From positions 1 to 64,000 of the forward strand of contig NIVC01001735.1 in NCBI GenBank assembly GCA_002269645.1: a DNA stretch of 64,000 bases, written 5' to 3'. The notes beneath the pieces are model-generated. The model saw only the letters and a list, made by a program, of their open reading frames with translations, made no database searches and was not told where the DNA came from. Of this stretch, positions 1 to 12,900 are shown in pieces. Numbering within the stretch: the first letter of the stretch is position 1; each line of letters begins with the position of its first letter. The position numbers were made by a program, and so were the translations under genes. This DNA is from Macrostomum lignano (taxonomy: Eukaryota).

Positions 1-3000
1 AATTGAAAGGGACAATTAGGACGCGACCGACTTCAATTTTAATTCATGCTCCAGAAGAAGAATATAGAATTCATGCACAGTAGCCATTAAGAAGTACAAG
101 AAGTCCGCTATACTAAAAATGAATTGTGGATATCTAGATATTATTTTCCTTAAGAAAGAACAATAGTGACTGTACAAGGTCAGAAGCTATTTAAACTATT
201 TTATTCATTTCTTTGTTGCTTCCACATTGGGAGGGAGCGCAGATTGCTAGTGGACTACTATAGTGGGACTTTACATAGTGGGCCGTAGGCCGTAACCATG
301 TGGTCTAGCGCAAGGCTCTCATGTACAGCGGCCCAGGCTCGATTCCAAGTGCAGTCAGATATTAATTCGGGGCTAAATTGGAATCTCGGCTTGGCTCTGC
401 TCGTGCAATCAACGCCCTTGAGGGGCCAGCCCCCAAGGCACAGTGAAGTGTACATGCCTAGCGATAAATAAAGTTAGGGCCGCTGTACAGTCCCTGTGTG
501 AGTGTGTGCCTGTGCGTATGACTGCGTACGTATCCGCGCGCTTGTGTGCCTGCTCAGGGGAGTCGGTGGAATGGCAGTAATGCCTCTCGCCGGTTGTGTG
601 ACAATGTCGCTTAAAGTGCGCCAGGTTGCACGCAGCTCCATGTCTTTAATAATAAATGGGTGGCACAGAAGTTTTCATCGTCAAAACGATTTAATCGCAC
701 AGAATGGCAACTATCTTTTAAAACTGTTTAGAGCTTATATTACAGTTGAAAACTACTTTCTCTGAGCTTGCTTGATTGCTATCCCAAAAATATATAGTTC
801 GCCTTTCTGCATTGGAAAAGGCTTGAAAAATTCCCGGAAAGCTTCGCTTCTGTGAAATAAAATCAGACTGATGTCAAGCATGCGGACTTCGTAGAGCTTT
901 TTCGAATTTAGAGAAGTCAATTTAATTCCTGGAATGTCTATCCAACAAAAAGTTTTGTACTCCCCAATGTTATATTCATGTGTTCCCTATCCGTACCTGG
1001 GCTAGGCATCATTATTTGAGCGAAATCCACATCCGGTGGTGAAACTCAAATAAGAAATCAACATGTGGCAGCCATCATGCCTCATCGGTACTTGCGAGTG
1101 TTTGCTTCCGGCATCGGGTTGGTGCGACATGTAAGCATTTATCTTGGCAACTGCAAACTCTGATATTCAACACCAATCCAGACGGGGCTCAACTAAAAGT
1201 TTGCCCAGCGCGTTCAGTTTTTTGTGGATGCAGAAAAAATGAGGATCTGTCTTATACTGAAATTAAAGTTGTCAGCTAAATCTTTAACCATATTTTTAGC
1301 AAATTAATTACTGATTTGTCAGTCTATTAGCGCTTGATATTCTGGACCCAGCGAAATGCTGTGGCTCATGTGGGAAATTACTGAGATATCAAGACTCATG
1401 AGGGGATTGCTAAAATGCTGTGGCTCATAGGGGGGGGGGGTTCTCAGAGTTGTTTGTAGGCCAGGCATCAAAGGGAGAGTTATAGGGCTTTGGTGCCACA
1501 GCCCACAATTCGTAGGGGGGCGATAATTTTTTGCTTTAGACATCATTTTCCTTAGGATACTGAACTCGTAGACTGCACAAGGTCAAAACCTACATGTAGT
1601 TTGTTAAAAAAATTTATTCCTTTCTCTGTTTCCTCCGCAAGACTTTTATTGCCATAAACGGAGAACCTTCAATCTTGCAAATGCATTTTTCAGCCTAAAC
1701 CCATTTTACTTGAGTTGTCTATGGTCCAGACATCAGCAAGCGTGACAAGCGGCAAGCAAAAATCACCAACAACCTACTAACCGTAGCCTTGAAAAGATGA
1801 CGCCTCCGCTAGCCAAGCTGTTACTATTGAGGAGAGATCTTCCAGCTTCTATTGTCAATAGCTAGCTATCCTGAGCAAATATTGCTCAAGCTGGTTTAAT
1901 CCATTGCATTCAACGCACCCACCGCACCGGATTCATGCCGCCTTAAGTCCATACAGGCGCACGTAAAAACTGAGCAAATAGTGCAAAAAATGAAAACATC
2001 TGAAAAGCTGAGAGGCACGTTCTTGAAACGCGATAGTCCCAACGGGGGTGAGGCATATTTCTGGCAGGAATGTGTTCCCAATGCGAGCTAGATGTTCAAG
2101 AATACGATTAAACCATACTAAAGGAAACGACTGCCCAGGATGGCCAAAGTATGTAGGTTTACAGTAGGAATACCGTCAGCCGTAAGGTTGCTTGAGAGGC
2201 TAGTTGAGGATGTCCAGCAGTCAAGGTTTGCCCACTGTCCACTGGCATGGTCAGCGATATCGGACCTAGACAGAAACAGGATGTCCATAGTTACCTGCTG
2301 CCAACTGTTGAAGGTCCAGAAGCTCCACCCGGGAGAAGACCAGTGACTACCGAAGTCAGGGCTGATGCAGACACACGTAGTCGACGTTGCTGGTTAAATC
2401 TGGAGGCTTGGCAAGGCTTATAAGAAAATCCGTCCCTCTGGAAGAATCGTTGAATATCTGGAGGTTTGGTGACTTGATTCTTGTTTGAGAAGGTGTGCAA
2501 GAACAGATGTTATTTAATTCTTGAATTCCGTGTACCTGCATTGCTCCGTTGTAGAGCAGCTAAAAAACAGTTCCACCAGCATGCACAAAAATAGGTCTCG
2601 GGCTTGTCGGATGATTCGACCCCACAGGTTGTACATCCTGTGTGAGTTTGTGTCTGCGTACGTATCTGCGTGCGTTTTAAAGGGTCAGTTGAGTGGGCAA
2701 TGGACATGGCTGCTGGTCACCTGTAATAGCAACCTTTTTTTACACTTCAAAGATTTTTTTCGAAGCAATGGTAACAAATCGGAGGTCAGAAACCACTGAT
2801 AGACAGCCGACTACCAATTTTGATTGTTTATTAAAAAACCACTGGTTCGTTGATAAACTTCCGGTAGTCCACGCTTCATTGAACTGGCCTCATAAACTCG
2901 ATGCAACTTGAAACCACGTTGTTAAGATTTTTCTATAGCTCTTAGTTACCAAATTGGTTGTGTAGTTTAACAAAGTTCCCAAGAAGAGGAATCCGAGACT

Positions 3001-3216
3001 AGTAAAAACTACCAGAAACGAGAAACGAGAAGCTTCCGAGGATCAGAAATTCCATTAACGCAATTTGACAAGCCGGAACACGACAAATAAAAAACATCAA
3101 CCGAGCCTCGAAAACTTTTCGTCCCCACGGCTAAAATTTTAGCGGCAGCTAAGTTGGGATATTTGGATTTCAGCAGCCAGTAAAACTGTAATCATTCATT
3201 GCCCAAAGCCTCATCA

Positions 3217-4095
3217 TCAGCAGACGCCGTCCATCGCGCGGATCTCCTCAGCGGTCATCGCCCGTTTTACTATGGCGAAGCACTGGAACACTCCGTTGAA
3301 CGTGTTGCCCTCGGCAATAGCGTAGCCCAGCCGAATGGCGTCCGGCGTGTAAGCCGAGGTTCCCCGCGCGTTGGAAGTGACCTCCTGCTCAGCGCCGGAC
3401 ACGAACAGCCTGGCTCCGTTGCAGCCGTTCAGCACGAAAGCGAGCGACACCGACTGCTCGCTAGTGCCAATGGGCATCACGCTCTCTTTAGAACGGAACG
3501 AGCAGGGCCAGACGAAGTAGAAGTGCACAAATCCGGTTTTCTCGTAGAAGAAACCGGGTCGATCGACCGACGGCCCCTTGGCTAAGTTGTAGACGCTGAA
3601 GAACGCCCGGTTGTTGCTAGCTGAGTCCGGGTAGGCTCGCTGCACCTTGACAAAGAAGGTCAGGTTCTGCGGCGGAGCGGCCAGAAAGGTGCCCAGACCG
3701 AGCAAGTCAATGTAAGAGCTGAACTTGCCGAGAAAATTCAGCCCGACGCCGTCGATCTGATCTACGCCGACGTACTTCACATCCGTTGAATTGGTGATCG
3801 AGTGGCCTGTTAGAAATCGTTGGTCAAAGCCGAGCAGCAGCTGCGTGTCCCCGTCGTCCACGGCCAGCTTGAGGTGGCTGACGGCACCGGGCTGGGCGAC
3901 CCAGCCGGCAGACCAGGCTGTCGAGTTGCCCAGCCAGCAGTGCGGCGCGACGTGTTGAGCCACCCGACAGTCCGGGTCGGCGGCGCACTCGACCTGGCAG
4001 CTGGCCGGGGCTGACGCGCCCGTCATCAGACGGACGCCGGCAGTGGCGTTGCGGACAGCGGCTGGCAGCGCGGTCGGCACGGCTCGGAAGGACAC
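3217..4095 (-). CDS. PAN/apple-like + LamG/ConA-like beta-sandwich protein (5' end unresolved)
   Basis: 292-codon GC-rich ORF. N-terminal apple-like Cys spacing (SCQVECAADPDCRVAQHVAPHCWLG); C-terminal LamG-like motifs (LTFFVKV, ARLFVSG, IRLG...FNGVFQCFAIVKRAMTAEEI). Starts at GTG with an in-frame TAA upstream, so the true start is probably supplied by splicing. Confidence 0.6.
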   Translation of the reverse strand: MSFRAVPTALPAAVRNATAGVRLMTGASAPASCQVECAADPDCRVAQHVAPHCWLGNSTAWSAGWVAQPGAVSHLKLAVDDGDTQLLLGFDQRFLTGHSITNSTDVKYVGVDQIDGVGLNFLGKFSSYIDLLGLGTFLAAPPQNLTFFVKVQRAYPDSASNNRAFFSVYNLAKGPSVDRPGFFYEKTGFVHFYFVWPCSFRSKESVMPIGTSEQSVSLAFVLNGCNGARLFVSGAEQEVTSNARGTSAYTPDAIRLGYAIAEGNTFNGVFQCFAIVKRAMTAEEIRAMDGVC

Positions 4096-4430
4096 CCGCT
4101 GGCTGCTGGCTGCTACAAGCTCCCTCTGAGCGAAGCTGCATGGTTGGGGATAGCGGAGACGTTTGGATGAAGAGCCATATTATTGTTGTCTACCACTTAG
4201 CCCAAAGCCCACTATAGGGAGGTGCTCTGCTGACGTTGCGCGCATTCGGCGCATCCGCACGGCTCGGAAGGACACCCGCTGGCTGCTGGCTGCTACAAGC
4301 TCCCTCTGAGCGAAGCTGCATGGTTGGGGATCGCGGAGACGTTTGGATGAAGAGCCATATTATTGTTGTCTACCACTTAGCCCAAAGCCCACTATAGGGA
4401 GGTGCTCTGCTGACGTTGCGCGCATTCGGC
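4077..4430. repeat. 180-bp tandem duplication over the 5' end of the PAN-LamG gene
   Basis: 4081-4250 equals 4261-4430 except one substitution (4152 a vs 4332 c). Confidence 0.9.
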
Positions 4431-4644
4431 GTTTCTTCGACTGCCTGCTGGCTAACACCGGACACCGGTTCCCCAAGGGCTCAACACTATGAGCCTATGA
4501 TAGGAGTCGCCAAGAGTCAAGTGCTATGAGTCAAGAGTGTCCTAATTCAAGAGCGGCTTGTGTGTCCTATGAGCAAGGGAAGGCAGCTCGGAGCGCCTGC
4601 AAAGTCGAGTCGAGTCTGTTGCGCAATTTTCTAAGAAAATTGAG

Positions 4645-4870
4645 AGTGAGATTCTGTGAGATTCTGTGAGATTCCGTGAGATTCCGTGAGATTTTGTGAG
4701 GTTCTGAGAGATTCTGTGAGATTCTGTGAGATTCTGTGAGATTCTGTGAGATTCTGTGAGGTTCTGTGAGATTCCGTGAGATTCCGTGAGATTCCGTGAA
4801 ATTCTATGAGAATCTACGAGATTATTTGAGGTTCTGTGAGGTTTGTGAGATTCTGTAAGATTGAGATTCT
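4645..4870. repeat. 10-bp minisatellite (GAGATTCTGT)n
   Basis: Direct reading. Confidence 0.9.
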
Positions 4871-5654
4871 GAGTGACGATCAACTCTTATCGGATTCTTC
4901 AGAGCACCTTTCATTTTCACAACTTCACAGTATTGAAAAAGTATTTGTAGGAAATTCCGGTTGTCACTTAATTGCAGGTCATAGTTTCATAGTTCCTACA
5001 TGGCTTGACTCCCCCCACCAACTGTCATGAGCTCGTTCCTTAAGAACTTGGCAGTATAAATATTTAGCAGTTTAGCTGCATTATAATGTCACGCTATTAT
5101 GAGTATACTGAGAGTTAAGCATAGGGACTAGTTATACCGAATCATTACTGTAACTTATCGCACTAAGTGCCATGTCTTCGATAATTTTCATTAAAACAAA
5201 ATTTTCTGCCAATAGCTAGCATGCATCAAAGCCAACTCATTAATGGTCGTTAATGCAACAAAGAGGCCTGCCACAAGGAATCCCCCCAGGGCGAGTCCTC
5301 TCTAGCAGAGTCATCTGTTTGAATAGCAAATGTGAACTCAAGAAGCGACTCAGCTGGATTGTTGCCCGAGGCCTCCCGTTGATGGTTGAGTGCAAGCAAT
5401 GAAATAAGATACCCAGCTGCCTGCTCCAGTGGCTAGTGCTTTGTTTGACTTCGATTTCTAGATACTTTGTCAATATTTACATATTTCCGCTGCTACCATT
5501 GCGAAATACTGTAAGTTCCTTCACTAAAAGAGAGAATTGCTCAGAAATGCCGAGTGTTTGAAGCCAATAGTTGCCTACAAATTCCTTCCATGTGCGTCAA
5601 TCAGACACCTAGTTTTGCATTCTGCATCTTCTATACTCATCAGAGTCTAGAATG

Positions 5655-6300
5655 GGGAGATTCGGAGTAGGAAGATTCGGAGTGGAAAGATTGGGAATCG
5701 GGAGATTCGGGGTGGGGAGATTCGGGATGGGGAGATTCGGAGTGGGGAATCTCCATCTCCATAGGGAATCACCAAGATTCGGTGGCGAGATTCGGAGTGG
5801 GAAATCTTCATGGGGGATCACCAAGATTTGGTGTGGGGAGATTCGGAGTGAGAAGATTCTGAGTGGGAAGATTCGGAGTGTGGAGATTCGGAGTGTGGAG
5901 ATTCGGAATGGGAGATTCGGTGGGGGAGATTCGGTGGGGGAGATTCGGTGGGGGAGATTCGGTGGGGGAGATTCGGTGGGGAGATTCGGTGGAGGAGATT
6001 CGCAGTGGGAGATTCGTGTGGGGAGATTCGGAGTGGGGAGATTTGGAATTTGAGATTCGGAATGAGAAGATTCGGAGTGGGAAGATTCGGAGTGGGAAGA
6101 TTCGGAGTGGGAAGATTCGGAGTGGGAAGATTCGGAGTGGGAAGATTCGGAGAAGGAAGATTCGGAATAGGGAGATTCGGGTGTGGTGATTTGGAGTGGG
6201 GAAATTCGGAATTTGAGATTCAAAGTGGGAAGATTCGGAATTTGATATTCAAAGTGGGAAGATTCGGTGGGGGAGATTCGGAGTGGGAGATTCGGAGTGA
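5655..6300. repeat. Degenerate ~15-bp array (GGGAAGATTCGGAGT)n
   Basis: Direct reading. Resembles one arm of a foldback element, but no inverted partner seen in the window. Confidence 0.8.
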
Positions 6301-6934
6301 GCTCAGAAGTTAGAGTGAGCTCCAGAAAGTCAACTCAAAATACCGAAAGCATGAATGACTTACAACAAAAAACTGTAGACCACTTGGCACAGAAGCATTG
6401 CTGAGGAGAATTCGTCTCGGGATTCCAACAAGCGCCAAGGCTGGACAGTTTTTATGCCAGGTGAGCACGCCAACCTGCAAATAATGACTGTGATATGCGA
6501 ATTGAGCACAGCCAATCAGCCTCGCTGCTGTGCCTATTTAAGCTATTGTTGTTGCCATTTGTATGGAAATGCTATGATAAGAGGCACCTTACCCCACCCC
6601 CCATGCGTTATCTTCTGGATGAAGCTTGGTATTTGATTGGCCTAGGCCATAAAAGGATTTATGTAGGTCAGTTGAAATATACGAGCTAAATTACACTAAA
6701 ATGGTATAGAGATATATGGTTAGGCCAAGCTTTTAGTAACCCAAGCCCATTAACCACTTAACTGTCTGTGGTCCAACTTCCTGCTAGAGCGATGTTCAAT
6801 GCCACTGGTGGTATAAAGACTGAAATTAGAAATATCTAGCTTAAAATGTTTCAGAATGAACAATAACAACTTCAGACTTGCTTGCGTGGCACCATAAATT
6901 CAGGTCAGTGCCAGTCAGATCCCAGCCCAACAAA

Positions 6935-9900
6935 ATGGCAGTAGCCAATGGCGGAACCGTAACAGCGGCTGGAGATAGTCGGGACCAGTTGAAGGCGAAC
7001 TGCTCACCTGAGAAGCCGACAATTCTGTCGCTGCCCTACCAACTGGCTGGTCGGAGCGCGCTGTTCCGCTGCACCTACGAAGACCAGGTTGGCTACACAG
7101 TGGCCCTGCGGCAGCAAGTCGCCTCCGGCACTGTTGTAGGCATGAATGCAAACGCGTGAGTCTGCGGCTGAGACGATTGAATCTTTGATTTCTGTAGTTT
7201 AATTTCTATATTAGATCAATATTTGCAAGATGAGAGCCTAGTTACGGCCCTCACACTGTAACTGGTAATGGTGAAAAACTAAATAAGATCTTGCTTAGAT
7301 TTTTTGGGCCATAGTACACTCGTACGAGTGTTTGGTGGGATTGGTGATGGTCCTCAGTGTGTGATTGGGGGCTGGTGATAGTCCTCAGTGTGTGTTTGGG
7401 GGCTGGCGATAGTCCTCAGTGTGTGTTTGGGGGCTGGCGATAGTCCTCAGTGTGTGACTGGAGCTGGTGATTGTCCTCAGTGTGTGACTGGAGCTGGTGA
7501 TAGTCCTCAGTGTGTGATTGGGGGCTGCTGGCGATAGTCCTCAGTGTGTGACTGGAGCTGGTGATAGTCCTCAGTGTGTGACTGGGGCTGGTGATAGTCC
7601 TCAGTGTGTGACTGGAGCTGGTGATAGTCCTCAGTGTGTGATTGGGGGCTGGCGATAGTCCTCAGTGTGTGATTGGATTGTGTGCATGTGTGTGATTGTG
7701 TGACTGGAGCTGGTGATAGTCCTCAGTGTGTGACTGGGGCTGGTGATAGTCCTCAGTGTGTGACTGGAGCTGGTGATAGTCCTCAGTGTGTGATTGGGGG
7801 CTGGCGATAGTCCTCAGTGTGTGATTGGGGGCTGGCGATAGTCCTCAGTGTGTGATTGGGGGCTGGCGATAGTCCTCAGTGTGTGTTTGGGGGCTGGCGA
7901 TAGTCCTCAGTGTGTGACTGGAGCTGGTGATAGTCCTCAGTGTGTGAATGGGGCTGGTGATTGTCCTCAGTGTGTGACTGGAGCTGGTGATTGTCCTCAA
8001 TATGTGACTGGGGCTGGTGATAGTCCTCAGTGTGTGACTGGAGCTGGTGATTGTCCTCAGTGTGTGACTGGAGCTGGTGATAGTCCTCAGTGTGTGAATG
8101 GGGCTGGCGATAGTCCTCAGTGTGTGTTTGGGGGCTGGCGATAGTCCTCAGTGTGTGACTGGAGCTGGTGATAGTCCTCAGTGTGTGACTGGGGCTGGTG
8201 ATAGTCCTCAGTGTGTGACTGGAGCTGGTGATAGTCCTCAGTGTGTGAATGGGGCTGGTGATAGTCCTCAGTGTGTGACTGGAGCTGGTGATTGTCCTCA
8301 ATGTGTGACTGGGGCTGGTGATAGTCCTCAGTGTGTGACTGGAGCTGGTGATTGTCCTCAGTGTGTGACTAGAGCTGGTGATTGTCCTCAGTGTGTGACT
8401 GGAGCTGGTGATTGTCCTCAGTGTGTGATTGGGGGCTGGCGATAGTCCTCAGTGTGTGATTGGGGGCTGCTGGCGATAGTCCTCAGTGTGTGACTGGAGC
8501 TGGTGATAGTCCTCAGTGTGTGACTGGAGCTGGTGATTGTCCTCAGTGTGTGACTGGAGTTGGTGATAGTCCTCAGTGTGTGACTGGACACAGATGAGAG
8601 CCTAGTTACGGCCCTCACACTGTAACTGGTAATGGTGAAAAACTAAATAAGATCTTGCTTAGATTTTTTGGGCCATAGTACACTCGTACGAGTGTTTGGT
8701 GGGATTGGTGATGGTCCTCAGTGTGTGATTGGGGGCTGGTGATAGTCCTCAGTGTGTGTTTGGGGGCTGGCGATAGTCCTCAGTGTGTGTTTGGGGGCTG
8801 GCGATAGTCCTCAGTGTGTGACTGGAGCTGGTGATTGTCCTCAGTGTGTGACTGGAGCTGGTGATTGTCCTCAGTGTGTGATTGGGGGCTGGCGATAGTC
8901 CTCAGTGTGTGATTGGGGGCTGCTGGCGATAGTCCTCAGTGTGTGACTGGAGCTGGTGATAGTCCTCAGTGTGTGACTGGGGCTGGTGATAGTCCTCAGT
9001 GTGTGACTGGAGCTGGTGATAGTCCTCAGTGTGTGATTGGGGGCTGGCGATAGTCCTCAGTGTGTGATTGGGGGCTGGCGATAGTCCTCAGTGTGTGATT
9101 GGGGGCTGGCGATAGTACTCAGTGTGTGTTTGGGGGCTGGCGATAGTCCTCAGTGTGTGACTGGAGCTGGTGATAGTCCTCAGTGTGTGAATGGGGCTGG
9201 TGATTGTCCTCAGTGTGTGACTGGAGCTGGTGATTGTCCTCAATATGTGACTGGGGCTGGTGATAGTCCTCAGTGTGTGACTGGAGCTGGTGATTGTCCT
9301 CAGTGTGTGACTGGAGCTGGTGATAGTCCTCAGTGTGTGAATGGGGCTGGCGATAGTCCTCAGTGTGTGTTTGGGGGCTGGCGATAGTCCTCAGTGTGTG
9401 ACTGGAGCTGGTGATAGTCCTCAGTGTGTGACTGGAGCTGGTGATAGTCCTCAGTGTGTGACTGGAGCTGGTGATAGTCCTCAGTGTGTGAATGGGGCTG
9501 GTGATAGTCCTCAGTGTGTGACTGGAGCTGGTGATTGTCCTCAATGTGTGACTGGGGCTGGTGATAGTCCTCAGTGTGTGACTGGAGCTGGTGATTGTCC
9601 TCAGTGTGTGACTAGAGCTGGTGATTGTCCTCAGTGTGTGACTGGAGCTGGTGATTGTCCTCAGTGTGTGATTGGGGGCTGGCGATAGTCCTCAGTGTGT
9701 GATTGGGGGCTGCTGGCGATAGTCCTCAGTGTGTGACTGGAGCTGGTGATAGTCCTCAGTGTGTGACTGGAGCTGGTGATTGTCCTCAGTGTGTGACTGG
9801 AGTTGGTGATAGTCCTCAGTGTGTGACTGGAGCTCCTCAGTCACAAAGGACTATCAGTCACAAACACTGATTGTCCTCAGTGTTTGACTGGAGCTGGTGA

Positions 9901-12900
9901 TTGTCCTCAGTGTTTGACTGGAGCTGGTGATTGTCCTCAGTGTGTGACTGGAGCTGGTGATTGTCCTCAGTGTGTGACTGGAGCTGGTGATTGTCCTCAG
10001 TGTGTTACTGGAGCTGGTGATTGTCCTCAGTGTTTGACTGGAGCTGGTGATTGTCCTCAGTGTGTGACTGGAGCTGGTGATTGTCCTCAGTGTGTGACTG
10101 GAGCTGGTGATTGTCCTCAGTGTGTGACTGGAGCTGGTGATAGTCCTCAGTGTGTGACTGGGGCTGGTGATAGTCCTCAGTGTGTGACTGGAGCTGGTGA
10201 TAGTCCTCAGTGTGTGACTGGGGCTGGTGATAGTCCTCAGTGTGTGACTGGAGCTGGTGAGCGGGTCTATGAAATTTGCTAGCAGGAAATCTGCTAGACG
10301 AAATCTGCTAGCCGAAATCCGCTAGCCGAAATCTGCTAGACGAAATCTGCTAGCCGAAATCCGCTAGCCGAAATCTGCTAGCAGGAATTTTGCTAACCAA
10401 AACCGGCGAGCAGCAATTTACGAAGTTGCAATTTGCTAGAGACAATTCTTCTTGTCCGATTTCGCAAGAAACTTTGCAGGACGTATTAATGCCGGACAAA
10501 TAAATTTGCGTTTAATTGCTCTAATTACTTTACTTTAGAGTTTTTACTATGTACAGTGTACCGTAATCGATGGAAAATATCTACATGTATACATTTACGA
10601 TACATACAGCTATAGTAAATTGTACTTTGGACATACATGTATCTAGCTATAGATACTGTACACCAACTGTGTGTTACTGTATGCTAAAGTACTTGGAAAT
10701 CGACAAAATCATTTAAAAATTTTTTCTTACCTCATATTTTATAGAAGCATAAAATACATTTAAAGAATACACATGTAATTGCTGTTTTTGATGCTGACTT
10801 TCCAGCTGTGTTCCCAGCAAAGTTTATCTAGTTGAATTAGCTGTGCATGATTACATGCAATATGCAAATTAAATTTTTATGTAATATTTTTACGCATTCA
10901 GTGATATGTGATTCGTGGTAACAGTGAAAACTGTGCTTTCGTAGATAATCTTTTTTAGACATTGATAATGTTTTAGCGCTAAAAGCAGGTAGTTCACGTA
11001 GTTAAATTTAAACATATCTACGAACAACTTTCAGTCTAAATAGCTTGCAGTGGCAGTATAAGTTATATATTTACTCGTACAAATCAAAGGCTAGCAGATT
11101 TCGGCTAGCAGATTTCGGCAAGCGAATTCCGGCTAGCAAATTTCGTCTAGCAGATTTCGTCTAGCAGATTTCGTCTAGCAGATTTCGTCTAGCAGATTTC
11201 GTCTAGCAGATTTCGTCTAGCAGATTTCGTCTAGCAGATTTCGTCTAGCAGATTTCGTCTAGCAGATTTCGTCTAGCAGATTTCGTCTAGCAGATTTCGT
11301 CTAGCAGATTTCGTCTAGCAGATTTCGGCTAGCAAACTTCGGCTAGCAGATTTCGTCTAGCAGATTTCGTCTAGCAGATTTCGTCTAGCAGATTTCGTCT
11401 AGCAGATTTCGTCTAGCAGATTTCGGCTAGCAGATTTCGGCTAGCAAACTTCGGCTAGCAGATTTCCTGCTAGCAGATCTCGTACTCCCCTGGTGAGCCT
11501 GTCCTGAGTAAAGGTGAGGCACTCACAAATGAAGTGAGGGACGGGAACCTGCAGCGCGGGACTTCCGGCAGTGGGGGTCGGTTAGAATAACCCAGATCGT
11601 TTTTTGGGTTGGTTATAGATCGGTACAAATGACTACATGTAAGTGAATTTGTACAGCAAAAGCTTCCCGCCCTACTCCCGCAGAATTCATAAACCCATTG
11701 AATGTCTCGGCTTCAAAAAAATCCAAGAGAACATCGCGGACGCAAAGATTGCTGCAAATGGGCGAAAGCTGAGCATTCTTATTACCAGTACAGGAAACAG
11801 CCACCCCCTGCTATGTGAGTGGCTCTTCCTTCTGTCTCGATCTCAGCTGGTGTCCCAACTACCTGATCCAGCCTTGCACCTGTCCCTCTCCGCTATCAGC
11901 TGGTGTCCTAACTACCTGATCCAGCCTTGCACCTGTCCCTCTTCGCTATCAGCTGGTGTCCCAACTACCTGACCCAGCCTCGCACCTGTCCCTCTCCGCT
12001 ATCAGCTGGTGTCCCAACTACTTGACCCAGCCTCGCACCTGTCCATTTTCGCTATCAGCTGATGTCCCAACTACCTGACCCAGCCTCGCACCTGTCCCTC
12101 TCCGCTATCAGCTGGTGTCCCAACTACTTGACTCAGCCTCGCACCTGTCCCTCTCCGCCATCAGACGGTCCAAGCTACCTGACACTCCGGCCGTACACCA
12201 ACCGGATGTACCAGATGTGCAGCAAGTGGCGCCTGGTGATCTCATTGCGCCACGCAGAGGAACAAATGCGACAGCGGGGCACCAGCTTCCTCACTGGATC
12301 CGGTGCCGTCTTCAGCCACGAGGAGTTCACGCCGTTTACAGTTTGCATGGCAAATCCGAATCTGGAGTCTGTGCTAGGTAATCAAGGCTCGCAGGACTCG
12401 GCACTTTATTTCTGTTTAGCGCGGCCCTACTTTTGAGGAAAAAGTATTAAGATCATAGAACAATTATTGTAATATTGTTCAGAAAAGAAAGAATACTTCA
12501 CAGCTCTCAATATTTGCTACCATTCTTCTGCATGAGTGCTCTCAACACTCGTTATTTACATTTCAGCCGTTCATCCAGGCAGATATCTGGCTAAACCAGT
12601 CGGGTAAGAGCCCTGTCGTTATTCACGTTCCCAGCGAACTAAACATTTTGTCACAAAAAACTCTGCTAAGCATGCTTCTGACTTGAGTAGTTGGCAATTT
12701 TTTCCATGATGCTTTTGCAAACTGGCTGAGGGCAAGTAAAAAATCCTCAACGGGAGCTGGGGCACTTTAGTGGATTAGTTACGCTCGTATTTGGCTTTAG
12801 TGCAGCGTTTGGGTGCAGTAGACACGCACTTATCGGCAGCACTGCCCGCCTCTAAGCACCAAGCCTGAATCTGATAAAGCATCCAAGTCACGAGAGTTTG

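Noticed and set aside
280-490. tRNA/SINE-like head (TGGTCTAGCG...GGCTCGATTCC) and 13-bp inverted repeat TGTACAGCGGCCC
   Set aside because: No convincing cloverleaf, tail or TSD could be established by eye.
2120-2540. Possible decayed C-type-lectin-like coding fragment (SGQWANLDC, NVDYVC)
   Set aside because: Motifs are in different frames and too short; no splice model found.
7345-10260. CRISPR-like arrays or Cys-rich repeat proteins (TGAGDCPQCV)n
   Set aside because: Units are head-to-tail with no unique spacers, no cas genes are present, and the context is a eukaryotic intron. The same applies to all other arrays.
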